This document shows, one piece after another, positions 31,976 to 32,773 of a stretch of DNA of 32,773 nt. Position 1 is the stretch's first letter. Each line of letters starts with the position of its first letter. Both the position numbers and the translations under genes were made by a program. A model generated the notes under the pieces. That model ran no database searches. It saw only the letters and a list, made by a program, of their open reading frames with translations, and was not told where the DNA came from. The DNA comes from Octopus bimaculoides. Its lineage: Eukaryota. Location: assembly GCF_001194135.2 (NCBI RefSeq), contig NC_068985.1:54984511-55017283 (forward strand). The letters run 5' to 3'.

Positions 31976-32773
31976 TAATCACTCAACTCAGGCCTCTCTC
32001 ACCCCACCCCCACCATTTTTACCCTGAAGCTGTCAACATACAAGTCATCACAAAAACTAGACTGAATTCCTTCCTCAATATCAAATTCATTTTAAAAGAA
32101 AGCTCCAAAAACAACGACAACAACAGCAGCAGCAACTAAGTCTACAACCTCTCTTCTCACCAACAACACCAGAAAACATCAAAGACAACAACAAACTGTT
32201 ACACTCAACAGCACAAACACACACCCAACAATACAAATATGCACACATGGACACGTGTGAAAAACAAGAACAATAAGTCAGTATACACACTTGAAATGGT
32301 AGAGATTAAACTAATGATACGTACATCATTTACAACATGACTGTATGCACACAAACATGGAACAGTGCTTGCTTAGGAACAACTTCTAAGAGACTTTGTG
32401 AATTAAAAATATTATCTGAGGCAAGCTTTGTATTTAACATGGTGTCTCTTAGGAGTTCTCTAAGATACACCCCATGGCAAACATTGTTCTAGAATCATGT
32501 GTATACAGCAGTGGCGTGCAGTCTCAGACATGCAAGCTATGCGCCGCATGTCATGTTATATAATCGGAAAATTAGATAAAATAGTTACTTTCTTGCAAAA
32601 AATAATCTGTCCAGTTTTTGAAATATTCTGTCTCCCCTTCCCCTCTCTCAGTGACTAGTAAAAGCTTTGAGAATCCAGCATATAGACACTCCCCAACTCC
32701 CTATCTATGTTAGTTTGTCCTTCCTTCCTCCCCCCCCCCTCTCTCTCTCTTAGTGACCTGTCAAAAGATATGC

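Overview
AT-rich, microsatellite-dense eukaryotic DNA with five assembly gaps. It is most likely an octopus genome; this is inferred from the SINE, RTE and MITE families as I recall them and was not searched. The only protein-coding sequence I can support is one 117-bp, phase-0/phase-0 exon on the minus strand (378-494) encoding kinase subdomains II-IV (VAIK...HPHIIRLYQ) of a salt-inducible kinase, most like SIK3/QSK. I did not find the upstream Gly-rich-loop exon (GKGNFAVVK), so 495-32773 is probably mostly one large SIK intron. It is filled with tRNA-derived SINEs of at least two families, RTE and L2/Crack-like LINE remnants, a piggyBac-type MITE, minisatellites and microsatellites. Nearly all ORFs in the supplied track are artefacts of N-runs, microsatellites or repeats. 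I see no confidently novel biological system. The best leads are two long hairpins (a perfect 59-bp-arm stem and a 153-bp-arm stem) plus closely spaced inverted repeats that could make dsRNA in the SIK pre-mRNA, a four-copy head-to-tail SINE array, a telomere-motif element, two candidate alternative exons ending in ATG at strong donors, and an unexplained exon-like block near 13.6-13.96 kb. Repeat boundaries were read by eye and are approximate.
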